DNA of 63,658 bases from Octopus bimaculoides (lineage: Eukaryota): NCBI RefSeq assembly GCF_001194135.2, contig NC_068989.1, forward strand, positions 38,771,543-38,835,200. The letters are read 5' to 3'. The number at the start of each line of letters is the position of its first letter. The stretch's first letter is position 1. Shown here one piece after another: positions 13,245 to 25,900 of the stretch. A program made the position numbers and the translations under genes. A model generated the notes under the pieces. The model saw nothing but the letters and a program-made list of their open reading frames with translations, was not told the DNA's origin and searched no databases.

Positions 13245-13746
13245 CGAACCCGTGCCAACGTCGTCTCCTTCAATGGACACGAAACTCAGCTTGCGAAGTC
13301 TTATTGGGGCAAGCGAAAGCGAAATCGGGATAGCACCTGTGCCCAGCGTCACCTTTCTGGCACTTGTGCCCGTGACACACGTAAGGATTTTTGAGCGAGA
13401 TCGTTGCCAGTGCCCCTGGATGGGCTCTTGTGCGGGTGGCACATAAAATATTCCATTTTGAGCGTGGCCGTTGCCAGTACCGCCTGACTGGCCTTCGTAG
13501 GACTTTCGAGCGAGATCGTTGCCAGTGCCCCTGGACTGGCTCTTGTGCGGGTGGCACATAAAATGCACCATTTTGAGCATGGCCGTTGCCAGGACCACCT
13601 AACTGGCCTTCGTGGTTGGCGTTAGGAAGGGCATCCAGCTGTAGAAACTCTGCCAAATCAGATTGGAGCCTGGTGTAGCCATCCGGTTGTACCAGTCCTC
13701 AGTCAAATCGTCCAACCCATGCTAGCATGGAAAGCGGACATTAAAC

Positions 13747-13777
<31 letters not shown>
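13245..13777 (+). mobile_element. Young RTE 3'-UTR-derived element with internal 115-bp tandem duplication and (GAT)n tail
   Basis: Same terminal sequence as the 9801-10565 element (ggttggcgttaggaagggcatccagctgtagaaactctgcc...ttaaacgatgatgat). CpGs are retained, and the unit gagcgagatcgttgccag starts at 13393 and 13508. Confidence 0.85.
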
Positions 13778-16329
13778 TTATTTTCCTATGTACTTTTATG
13801 TGCCTGTTTGTCTTCATTGCACTGTGGATGATCGCATGTATCAAATTGGTTGTTTATTTGTCAGCATGTCACAGTGTATGATAGTGTATAAATTTGTGTG
13901 TGATAACCAGAATATTTATGAGTATATTATATTATGTATTTGTATATGTATTACTCTGTAATTATATGAGAGTTTGTGAGTAAGATTGTCTAAATGCCAC
14001 TGTGATCATATTTGAGCTTATGTGTATTCGTATGATTTATACGTGAGTTCATGTTTACATTGGAGTCTACCTACAAAACTGTGTGATTAACATTACTATG
14101 TGTCTGTATCTTATTCCTTATATGTCTTTGACTATCCATTGTACCTTTTGTGAGTTCAAGCATACTTTTATTTTATATGAACAGATGTATCAATGTATGG
14201 AAATATTCTGATGGTAACGATGATGGTGGTTGAAATTGGAATAGATTTAATAAGGGTGGTGATAGTAGAGATGGCAGTATAATGGCAGTAATGTTTGTAT
14301 CATTAATTATGAAATAATTGTGTAGGTAACAGTGGTAGTGCTGTTAATGATAGTGATAGTGAGGGTTATTTTATCAGTGATGCTATAATGATAGATTGTG
14401 ACAGCAATGGTATGGAGAAAACTGAATTGGTATGAGGTAAAACTGAATGGTAAATTGCAAAGGTGATGGAAGTTATTGATTATTTCCTAAAATATCCTGG
14501 TAATTATCTAAAACATTAGACTTTTAACTTGACATGATTTTTATTTAATAGAGACTCAGTTGATTTTTCACTCCATTATTTTAGACATTTTAACACCTAA
14601 GACTACAAAATTTTCATCATAAAAACCTATGCCTTTATTACCAGATAATTGGTCAAAAATAAAGGTTTATAAATTGAATCATAGTCCTAAACTAAATTGT
14701 GTAAAGTTGTACAATAAGAGAATATCAACAGTGAACTCTTGCAGAACTTTAAACTCTTCTACCCAGACTATAGATTTACATTTATATCTGCTGTTACAGT
14801 TACAGTGGGCTATATAACCATGTATTCCCATAAAATCTAAGGAAAGCAACGAGATTTGTAACCTTCAAATTATGAGTGAAAATTTATAAAATGTTCCCAA
14901 AATTCTGCTTTAAAGTTTCCTAGGATGCACATATACAAATGTGTGTGACATCTGCACACATAGTTGTCACACGCTTGTGTATTGAAGTATCATACAAATC
15001 AGCTGCATTGGTGCAAATATATCTTCACAAACACCTACATATACATGCCTATTATTTCACATGTTTACCAACATCTGAAGCTAACCTGACTCAAACAAAA
15101 AAGCTTGTTAATGACTGGCTGAAAATCATTTAAGAACTTGGAGATATATGAAGAAAAACTCAATGCAAATCTTAGAGATGTATGAAGAAAAACTATAAAC
15201 AAGTCTCACTGCATATCTTTCAAAAGCTTAACCATTATTCTAATATCTGATGAGGAATGTCATAAGTTTTTAGAGATAAATGAAAATATAGGATGGCTCT
15301 TGTAACAAGAGGTAAATAACCAGAAAATATTAAATGTTAATAAAAAAAAGTATGATCATCAGCTTTCTTCAAACACTAGACAGTTGCTAAATGACTGTTA
15401 GTTAGCAATATACTAATTAGCATTGCCTTTCTCATTTCTAAAAATTTCCAAATGATCCTTACTAAAAATTACCACCCAGAGTAGCATCTATAAGATAGAC
15501 ACCAGATGCCTCAAATTGTTCTTACAAAATTACTGTACCACCAACAATATTTAAACACCTAGTCAAGTGGGGAGGGAAGATGGGTGTGTGGAACAGTCTA
15601 AAGCAGTTATAATAATTTGACAATCTAGGAAAAACAGTAAAGAAGCACAGGAAGTTGGTAATTAGTGTAGCTAGACTACCAGAAAGCCTTGATAGTCTAA
15701 TGAGTTATCAAAACATAATACCTAACCAAAGTATGATAACCACTAGTTGCTGTTAATATCTAAACAAGTCAAATTCTACCAAGGTCAACTGTGCCTTTCA
15801 TCCTTTTGGTGGTAAACTAAGTACCAGTTGAGCACTGGGATCGATTTAATCGACACATCCCTCCCTTGAAGTTGCTGGCCTTGTGCCAAAACTTGAAAGC
15901 AATAAATAAACAAGTCTTGATACTTCTCAGAGGTGATAATCAACAAATTAAATCTGACACTATGCATATTTATAAAAAAGTGTTCTGCAGGGTCACAGCA
16001 TGGTAGTACTGCTTTATGTCTTTAAGCTCATTATCATACTTGTTCACAAAGCGTAGTGCTTATAGTTATAGATGCTCGAATCCAGAAACAGCTCTCACCC
16101 TCTTTCTGTAGATATGAAGCTGTTTGGGCCAAATGTTAACCACATTAGAAGACAGTTTCTATGTGATGTTGACACTTTGATATTTATTACCTAAAGAATA
16201 GTTAAAACATGTAAAGTATTTCTTATCAATACAAACACGGAAAATGTTGGGACAATGATTTTGCAAATGACAAGAATATGAGCAAATTGTTCTCAGTTGA
16301 AAGCTTGCGATTAGAAATTGTTTTCTCAT

Positions 16330-17400
16330 GAAGCTATATTTATTTGAAATTTCAAAAATTAAAATGTAAAATTCAAAGTACAAGCAAATCTAGGCTTTCT
16401 ATTTTAAAAGTATATTATGTAAAAAGTTTTTGAAATTTGAAAGATAAATTTAAACTTAAATTACACTTTATGAAAAGAGTGTCAGAGGTGCATTAGATAT
16501 ATCCAAATGGATGCCAATTATAACAATTTTCATTAAACTTAAAACTGAAAATTCAAATTGAAATTTTTAAAAATTCAACTAAGATGTAAAATTTCAAGTA
16601 CAAGTAAATGAAAAATATTTATTTTCAAAAGTGCTAAGTGAAAATATGTTTTTGAAAGTAAGTTGTCTGAAGAGTATATTGTTGAGAATATATCTAATGT
16701 ATATTGATTGAAAAGTATATTACAGAATATTTTTATTGGATGGAATATATATTTTGCAATAAATTAATTATTTAAAATGTATATTGTATATATATGTATA
16801 TTATATTATAATATATTAAAACTGCATTGTATGGAAAGTATTATCATGTAATAATATATGTGGATAAATATTGGGCATCAATGCATTGTGTGAAATGCAT
16901 ACTGTGTATAGAATATATTGTGTGGTATGTTTATTACATGATTTAAATACGTATCAGATATGAATATGAATATTAATCTATGTGGAAAAGGAATTAAAAA
17001 AAGTTTTAAAAAGTTAAAGTACATAAAATAGAAATTTAAACAATTCAGTATTGTTGCAAAAAAAAAAAAAAAAGAAATGTGTTACTGAAAATAAATGCCA
17101 AATTAAAAGTTTATTATGTGAAAGTAATGTTACATTAAAGTATAATTGTGTGAAATATCAAAAATGTGTTGTCTAAAATGTGTACGTCATCAAAAATACA
17201 TTATATGGAAAGTATATGAAGTGAAAAACATTGTGTGGGAAGTGTATTTTGTGAAAATATATTGTAATTTATTAAAAATGAATTAGCATTTTTTTAGAAA
17301 TACTAAAAATTTCAAATTATAATTTTTTTGTGTGAAAATGGTTTGTGAAAATCTTTTATGTGAAAAAATATTAGTATTTAAGAGGAATCATTAGGAAATC
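16330..17400. repeat. AT-rich low-complexity region: ~215-bp duplication, then a decayed aatatattgtgtggaaa-type minisatellite
   Basis: tttgaaattt..aaaaatt..aatgtaaaatt..aagtacaag at about 16343 and about 16558, followed by many short related units. Confidence 0.55.
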
Positions 17401-17898
17401 TAATACAATAGCATTATACATGAATATTACTTCATGTTATTTGAATTGGTAGCAACCCCTGGTAATATTTTCAGCATATTCTAAGCATTAAAAAAAAAAA
17501 CGAACTTTTATATGTGTTGGTCTGAGAAGTAAGTGCATACCTATAGATTTTGTTGCATTTCCTAGTGCAACAACTTTATCAATTGCTTACAGACATTTGC
17601 TTACAAAGTCATTTAAGTTAAGGGGAAGTGGATGAATATAATCTAAATAGATCTTTTTGGCAAAGAACCAGAAAAATCAACTGCTATTTAAAAGGTGATA
17701 AAACTTAGGAATCAAGTCATGTACTAAAGCATTTTTGTGTCTGGTGGACATCATGTGTTTATTGTGGGGAAAATACCACTTATAAACAGTGGGCATGTTT
17801 ACCACTTGTTCATTGACAATACATTTGAAGTACACTTGTGAATGAATCTCTTGAATCATTTAATATTGTGGAGTTTAGTTGGGCAATGGTTTTATGTT

Positions 17899-17970
<72 letters not shown>

Positions 17971-17994
17971 CCTGTGTGTGCATACAATGGGCTT

Positions 17995-18300
17995 CTATGC
18001 AGTTTTTGCTCATAAATCAAATCGAGGCTATGGAAAGAGATTCTTGGCTAACATACAATGCATCTATAAGGGTCTCTGCTTTTTGGAGTTGGATGGGCTC
18101 AAAACTGCTGTACTTAGACATTACTATGCTACTTACATTTCCTACTTTCATTTCCTTTGTTGTGTCCTACCATCCTGGCTTTGCACTGTTCCTTCCCAGA
18201 ACATCAGCCTTATGGAATTCCCACACTTTCATATCTTTCCTGTAAGTGTTGACTTACAAAAGTTCAAAATGACCATTAATAGGCTCGATCTCACTTGCCT
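17995..18300 (+). mobile_element. 3' end of an L2/CR1/Jockey-group LINE
   Basis: LPRTSALWNS and FPVSVDLQKFKMTINRLDL, the typical FFPRT..LWNSLP..FP...DLQ.FK..vNR C-terminus. Confidence 0.7.
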
Positions 18301-18456
18301 GGAATGGCCTGCAAAGTTTGTGTGTGTGAGTGCATGTTTCTTTCTTTTCATCAAATAATAGAAGTGAAGTGAGAGAATAAATGTTTGTTCCATTTGGTGA
18401 CAGTTGTTTCACAACCTGTGTTTGTCACATAAGCAGTGCTACACAATCCTTATCTG

Positions 18457-18653
<197 letters not shown>

Positions 18654-20334
18654 AAAAAGCAAATTGTGTTGTAGCATAACAAACAGATTACACATCAGAA
18701 CGTTTCATAGGAACTCAAAACACTAGATTCTGCTATAAAATAGCAAATAATTTCATTATGCAATCACAGATAATCTATTTGTATATTTTTATATATATGA
18801 CAGATGATGTAGCATTGTTTATTCAAATAACAAATATTACAAAACAGCTGTCAAAAAATGGAATGAACAACTATTCTTTCACCTCACCTCTCTTATCCAA
18901 TCAATTTTTATACATACCCTCCACTTTTGTGACTCCTGGGTTTTCAGAATGATTGTGAAGTTTTAGCCTGGTCTTAACCTTTGTTTTTCTTGATAGCTGC
19001 ACATCAGGCAAAGAGCTTACTGTAAGCCCTGTTTGATTCTTTGTACCCCTTGTCTTGTGTGTGTGTGTGTGTATGTGTTTGTGTGCGTGCATCCACACAT
19101 GTATAGAGAGAAATCAGTCCAGGTGCAGGTCTGTTTCCATGCCACCTGTTGTCAGGGGAGTCTCATGAGAAGTGGTGGTAGAGATTAAAGTTGTCTGCAC
19201 CAAGATTGAAGTACAAATACATCTTATGCCGTGTCTTTCAACAAAACAATACTAATTTAATTCCTTAAAATATTTTGCAGGCCTTCAGGATTAGTATTAC
19301 TAATGATCAGCAGTGATAATGATTCATATTAATATGCAAATAGGTCTGAATTTATCTTATTGCAAATTTTGTGCAAATATACCTTAATTTATCTTGTGGC
19401 TCATACACCAAAGACAAAGTAGATGAATGGTAATGAAAACTTTATCAATAACAAAACGGAATGCAAATGTTAGCACACAGCTAGCGCACCCTGACAACGT
19501 AGAAGGAGCAGTCTCTATCCACAGCTAAATTATTTCCTGGCTGCTAAAGAAACCTGACATTGACTGTAAAAAAATTTAGATCTGGCAGTAACAACATAAT
19601 CATTAAAGCAACATTATTCCCATGATTTTTGTTTGCTATAAAATAGCAATAACTGCCACCACTAATAATCACTTGATGTAGCAGAGAAGTCTGAGGAAAT
19701 CAGGAAACATTGATAGAGCTAAGGACTTTATTGTTTCAAACTTAAAATAAAGGACTAATAAAGAAATACAAAAAATATATAGATAAAAATGATAAAGCCT
19801 TTTAATGTGTTTAAGAGAAATACTGACCCCAAAAATGTGTGTGTGAGAGAGAGAGGGGGAGGGAAAGAGAGAGAGAGAAAACTCTAGTCTAAACAGATTA
19901 TTGAAGTGAAGGTTGATTTGTCAATTTATAGTCATGTAGCAAATTTTTATTTGTGAATTCATAGCCCTACAGCAGCACCACATCGTATCTATGACCAAGA
20001 ATTTCTTAAAATGGTTCTGTATTTTAAATCCTAAAATACTGGTCCACCTAGCTGAAAATAGATACAAAATAGAAAAAGCAATGTAATCCCTTTCGGGAAA
20101 TAGTAGTAGAACTTGTTGAAATCAGACTGTACAGCATCTTTTAAAAAACATCATCAGACAAGTAATCTCAGATGCATGTTGTTTGAATAAAAGATAGGAT
20201 GGTCAAAAATGGAATGCCTTTGAACATTGGTCTGCTCAGCCAGAGATGATATGGCATAAACAACAAAAAGCTGTACATGCATTGTTCAACTGACAAATAG
20301 ATAAAAAAATGGCAAAACTGGGTTTAACTCTTCT

Positions 20335-20384
20335 AGTGGATCTGATGAAACCACTCTGGTGAAACTGCTCTAGTATTTATCAAC
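20335..20384 (+). ncRNA. Decayed hammerhead-like motif
   Basis: CTGATGA-A-ACCA-ctc-TGGT-GAAA-CT-gctct-AG-TA. Core, helix II and a short helix III ending in GUA are present, but helix I (gtggat / tttatcaac) pairs only if about 3 nt were lost on the 5' side. Confidence 0.4.
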
Positions 20385-21395
20385 AGAATATACAGATTAT
20401 TGGCAACACCAAATCTGAATGAGATTTGAATAAGCTGAAATCCTAATTCTCTGATTGTAAGACTCATTTTATCTCTGAGATTAATAACTTTAAAATTGTT
20501 TCAAAGCAAGGATAAGTAGATATTCTTGCACACCTATTTGTGTATATCATATAATTTATCTTGCTTCATTTTGCTAAATCTTCTCTTATGGATGATTAAT
20601 TCAGGCTATCTCCTAATGTAAATAATATGACAAAGAGAACATACATGTTTTATTCATGACTAAAATTTAGCAATCTATGTATCTGGTATAATTGTCTTGT
20701 AAATTTTAAAATCCTTTTAAGCATGCCATAAGTAAGCCTGTTTCAATCATGAGCCCTAATTTGGAATTATCGCAAATAAAATAACTTCGCGTATAAAAGT
20801 TTTAGCATGACACCCTTCTAAAATTAATGATATACCATTAATGATATGCCTGCCATAAATTTCCTGGTGGAGTTTGCCTAGAAAATGTGTAAACCAAATG
20901 AAAATATCAGAATCATAATCCTTCAAGCAGATTTTGAAGGAGTATTATCATGTTGTATATTATGTATTTGAGTTGAGAAAGATGTTATATAAAAAGAAAG
21001 ACGCTTTTAAAATATTCTATATATTTAATATTATGTAATAACAAATTCATAGCAGCAAGGCCCAATAATTTGACTGGTGAAAGATCTCAATATCATTATG
21101 CTTGTCACTAATATGTTTAGTTGAGATTTTCTTGCCATCCATGATGAAAATATGTACGACTCAAAAAAACTTCCACTACACTATCAGTCTCCTTTTTCTT
21201 AAAAATGAAGGATATTAATCTTATTTCAGTCACTGGACTGTGGTCATGTTGAGACAACATCTTGAAAGTTTTAGTCAAACAAATTTATACCAGTGCATTT
21301 TGCTGAACTGCTAAGTTACAGGGATGTAAAGAAGCCACATTGGTTCTCAGGTGGTGGTGGTGGGACAAACTGAAACAAAAAGACACACACATGCT

Positions 21396-21810
21396 TAAAC
21401 AACAGTAGCATCGTCCCATATGGGTTAGCTACAATTAGGTGGGAAATATACTTCATGATGTCATGCTGCTACAGTTTACATTTCGCTCAGAGATTTATTA
21501 TTGCTTATTTCTCCTTTTTCGAGATCAGCGATGGTTTGTCACTGGAAAAAACATATAGTATTTTGCATTTAGAATCAGTTCTCATCCCTAGCTGGTGAGT
21601 GTCACATGCTGATGATGGGTTACTACCCAGAAACCTAGGTCCATGTGTATCAAGTAAGGCTAGAGATGGGAACAATGATTTTGTTTCGCAAATACTGATT
21701 GAACACATACAGTGTGACATTAGCCAGCTGGAGGAGATGTCTACCTGGGGCTATAAACAACAGTAGCATCGTCCCATTTGGGTCAGCCACATTTAGGTGG
21801 CAAATATACT

Positions 21811-21813
<3 letters not shown>
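21396..21813 (+). mobile_element. Hammerhead-containing 358-bp unit plus 60-bp terminal redundancy (non-LTR retrozyme or solo Penelope-like terminal repeat)
   Basis: Direct repeats 21396-21455 and 21754-21813 (TAAACAACAGTAGCATCGTCCCAT...AAATATACTTCA, 55/60 identical), period 358 bp, enclosing the hammerhead. Non-coding, and followed directly by (TA)n. Confidence 0.7.
21603..21647 (+). ncRNA. Minimal type I hammerhead ribozyme (self-cleaving RNA), predicted to act as a dimer
   Basis: CACATG-CTGATGA-TGGGT-tact-ACCCA-GAAA-CCTAG-GTC-CATGTG. Helix I CACATG/CATGTG (6 bp), core CUGAUGA (21609-21615), helix II UGGGU/ACCCA with a 4-nt loop, GAAA (21630-21633), palindromic helix III ACCUAGGU (21633-21640), GUC triplet at 21639-21641. 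All core nucleotides are present; the helix II closing pair is U-A instead of the canonical G-C. Confidence 0.88.
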
Positions 21814-21861
<48 letters not shown>

Positions 21862-21869
21862 ATATATAA

Positions 21870-23232
21870 TAATATAGATTTAATCAAAAGATTAAATGTG
21901 GTACTTAAAATGTTTGAGGCACCAGAATTTGGTAGGATAAAAACCAAAAACAAAATCAAGAGATTTGGTGAATAAAATTTGAAGATAAGCAACAAAAATT
22001 CAATAGGTTATAGCAGTACGTACGTTTCGTACAAGCTCCATTTATTCATGTAGTGAGAACACCACAGAATGTACAATGAAAATGTATTCCTCAGTTAGAG
22101 TTCGGCTCTTTCTCTATGGACAAGAAATACAGAAATGAAACTGATTGATAACATACATACATACATAGATAACCTAGAGTACATTCCCAAAAAAGTCACA
22201 CAACTCTACTGCAGCATATCATCAGATGACAGGATGAGCCTATATGAGCAGAAGACTATGCATGGATATGTTAGTAGAAAGCTCTGTGATGATAGTAACA
22301 TCAATCATCAACGCAGTTTATCATGGACGAATAGCCGGATAATTACCTCCCACTTTGAATGGTATGTGTTTGCAATCTAGGAACAGGAAATATCAACCAA
22401 GTACCTGATGCACAAAAGGGATACAGATGTAGGAAATGCCATAAAATGTGACAACCAATGTAGACTTTGTGAAGATATTACCCACATCATAAGCAGTGTC
22501 TGTAAATGTCATCACGGTATTATCTACTGATGAAATATGACTAGGACACTCTATAATGAAATTCGTCAGAAGGATAATCCCAAGGACAAAGAAATAAAAA
22601 CCCACAATATGGTAGAAGCCATAGCCACTCATAATGAAAAGGAAAACTGGTGGAATGTACCAGTGAAGACCTCAATAAAATGTAAGCACAACAGACCTGA
22701 TATAAGGATTTGGGATAGAGAAGAGAAATGGTGCACAGTTGTGGAAATTAGCTACCCAGTGGATGTTAGAATAAAGCTGAAGATCAGTGAAAAAGAGAAC
22801 ACCTATGCTGAACTATTGAGAAATCTGTAGTTACTCTATCCAGATTACAAGTTCAGGTTTATTGGGGCCCTGGGATATGAAACACACTGCCTAAATACCA
22901 ATCTTGAGAAATTAAGCTTCTCAAAACCGGAAAGGAGAAAGCTAATTCAAAGGCTACAGATCCAATTCATCACTTAAACTGTAAAAATCTGTAAACTCTC
23001 CAGAAGTTTATCATTTAAATATATATGAGCATGTCTAGATATGTAATTCTATACATGAGAATACATACATAAAATATACAAATCTGCACATACATACATA
23101 CATACATACATACATACCCTGTTGTTGAAATTCCAAGGAAAGAACATTGGATCTGGGTTACAAACTGGTTCTTTCTCTGTTGGCAAGAAATCTTGAAATA
23201 AACTGAATAATCACATACATACATACATACAT
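21870..23232 (+). mobile_element. 5'-truncated non-LTR retrotransposon with C-terminal restriction-like endonuclease (R2/R4/NeSL group)
   Basis: KTMHGYVSR..SLSWT..SHFEWYVFAI*EQEISTKY; zinc knuckle CRLC..HIISS.C; HNRPDIRIWDREEKWCTVVEISYPVD..EKENTY (PD-(D/E)xK nuclease). The 3' UTR ends in (TACA)n. Contains stops and frameshifts. Confidence 0.88.
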
Positions 23233-23932
23233 ACGACTGTGTTGTTGAGAGGCCCACTTTCCAACTACATGGCTTCAGGTTCAGTCCTTCTGTACACCTT
23301 GGGCAAGTATCTTGTACTATAACCCCAGACCAACCAATGTCTTACAAGTGAATTTGGTAACCAGAAACTGTGTGGAAGAACATCATGTATGTGCGTGTGT
23401 GTGTGCACACATGTTTTTGTGTTTTTGTGTTCGTGTTTGTATATGCCCAGATAAGTTATCAAAAGAAACTGATTGAATGAGTACCAAACTTCATAAAATA
23501 AATATGGGGGTGGATTTTTTGACTAAACTCTTTAAAGCTGTGCTCCAGCATGACTGCAGTCTAGTAGCTGAAACAAATATATAAAGATTCACATGATGTT
23601 GTAGTACATCTTATTGATAATGAATTTCATTTCACAACCACAAGGTCCTTTGTCTTATGTGGCATCATAGGCAAATGTCTTTTTCTGCAGCTTGTGGTCA
23701 ACTCATACTTTGGAAGGGAAAGTGAGTTGACAGAAAAACCTGTTGGATGCATAGTGCCTGTAGCTCAAAGGTGCAGGCTTGTCATATATATTGCACTGAT
23801 TCTGCCTGAAAAAAGTTACGTTAAGATATGAATGTATGTCAAATGCTCAACCACTTCCACATTAATCAAAGTGCACATAATTCAGTTGATAAAACAACTG
23901 AATCCTCATAGAATGATCGAAATTCACCACTA

Positions 23933-23975
<43 letters not shown>

Positions 23976-24379
23976 TATAAACACATACAAACTCACACAC
24001 ATACGTGCACACACACACACAAATACACATATATGCACATACACACATGCATATATACAAGCATGTATAATATATATTTAAGGCACTAGCAATTGCTTTA
24101 GGGCTGGTGCTAATATATATGCTCCCAGCACAAACTGTAAAGAGCTTAGTGAATCAGTAGAGACATTGAAATATCCAATAGACTTTTAATCTTACTGAGG
24201 ACATGATTTCCTCTCTAAATTTGTTTTATTACATTTTGTAAGTGCTGTTAAGTGAGACTTGATCCCTCTAACTCATCTAGGAGGACAAATACTCTAAATA
24301 AGAGATGATTTGGACTGTGGCAACTCATCTAACTCATGTTAACAGAAAATGCCAAAATGAAATGATAATAATTACATAT

Positions 24380-25120
24380 CCACTCGGGAAATGAATTGCT
24401 CTGTACATAGAAATGGAGAGGATAGGAACTCCATATGTTGTCTCCAGTGTGAGATATTGACGCACAAGAAATGTTGTGGAATCACTGACAAAGCTAATAG
24501 AGAAGACACACTTGGCATGTGGCAGGTGTACAAAAAGGATAAGTATTAAGAACACAGGGGAAATTGATTCTTTGAAATGTTCAGAAGGCTCTCTCTAAAA
24601 ATAAAATAGTTGATAGCTTCTACTACCTTGGTGTTCAAATTGATGATCTGAGAGGATAAGAGCTAGCGTTAGAAAAGGTTAGAAAAAGTTCAGTGAGCTA
24701 TTACCATTGCTGGTAACAAAGGTTTTCTCTCTTAGAGTGAAGGACAGATGTGGAGTTTGAACTATGATCCTACTTGGTAATGAGATGTAGTTCTTGAATG
24801 CAGAAGACTAGTGAACACTAGAAAGAACTTAAACAAGCATTACACATTCACTGGATGTTAGAGTACAAATAAGCTCAGAGAAAAATTGGGTAAGTGATAT
24901 CAGGCGTAATGTGCAGGAAAAAGGCTGTACAGGTATGGGCATGTGATGTGTATAAATGTATATAGAATGTAGAGCTCTCTTAGTGGAACCTGTGGAAGAG
25001 GGAATCTGAGGAAGGCTTGGGATAAAATAATAAAGATTGATATGAAAATGCTGCATTGCATGGAAGATATAACAAAGGACCATATTGATGTGGTATTGAA
25101 AAAGACATGACCATCGATGT
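24380..25120 (+). mobile_element. Decayed RTE LINE 3' coding fragment
   Basis: Relics KGFSLRVKG and GTCGRGNLRKAWDKIIKIDMKML (about 24983-25052), homologous to the 10319-10561 peptide. Confidence 0.7.
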
Positions 25121-25179
25121 AAGCATGGCAAAATATACATTAAATCAGAGTAGTACTAAATACTGGGATCTGTTTCTTT

Positions 25180-25220
<41 letters not shown>

Positions 25221-25249
25221 GTGTATGTGTGTGTTTGCACAGCCTGCCA

Positions 25250-25900
25250 AGCCTATATTTGCTGCCCTCTTCTCATCAATTGTCACTCATCTTCCTCTTT
25301 CACCTATATCTCCACTAAATCATTCATTTCTCTATCACTCATATGTTTCCATCACTCATCTCCCCACCACACATACCACTGGTATAATGGCAGATAGCAC
25401 AGAGCCTGTGTGCATTCAATGCCCCTGCCATCCACCCACTTATAACATTTTCCTCTCTCTTTCAGTCATCACTAGGCTTTATCTATAAAAGACTTCTTTA
25501 ACCCATTTTTACTCAGTACACACTGCCTTCACCATATCTGCATTGCCATTTTTCATTCTTTTCTCCTTGGATCACTCTTTTTATCTTTAAGCAAGGGACT
25601 TAACTTCATGTTACTCCAGTCTATGCAGCTGAAAATGGATCACACTTATTGTCATCCATCACTTACTCTCACTTATGTTCACCTTTTCCATTATCCATCA
25701 CTTCTTTTCCCCACATCTTCACCCAAGCCACTCTGTCCCTAACATCATACTCTTACACTTTTCATCCACCTATTCTGGACTCTCTCCTCTTCCCCTCTTT
25801 GATCACATTACCTGGGTTAAAGTATATGTATTATGGTACATTTACAGTATTCAAGGCAAGCTCACCAATACTGATGGCATGACAAAAGCCACTCTGCCTG
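25250..25900 (-). mobile_element. Highly decayed LINE-like fragment (probably RTE)
   Basis: Pyrimidine-rich + strand with coding-like composition on the - strand; no intact motif confirmed. Confidence 0.35.

Noticed and set aside
13206-13656. Overlapping 76-130 aa ORFs with internal repeats
   Set aside because: GC-rich tandem repeats of the RTE 3' UTR, not a gene.
19148-19498. 10-bp inverted repeat (gttgtcaggg/ccctgacaac) around two ATGCAAAT octamers
   Set aside because: No TSD; a 10-bp match and octamers are expected by chance in 64 kb of AT-rich DNA.
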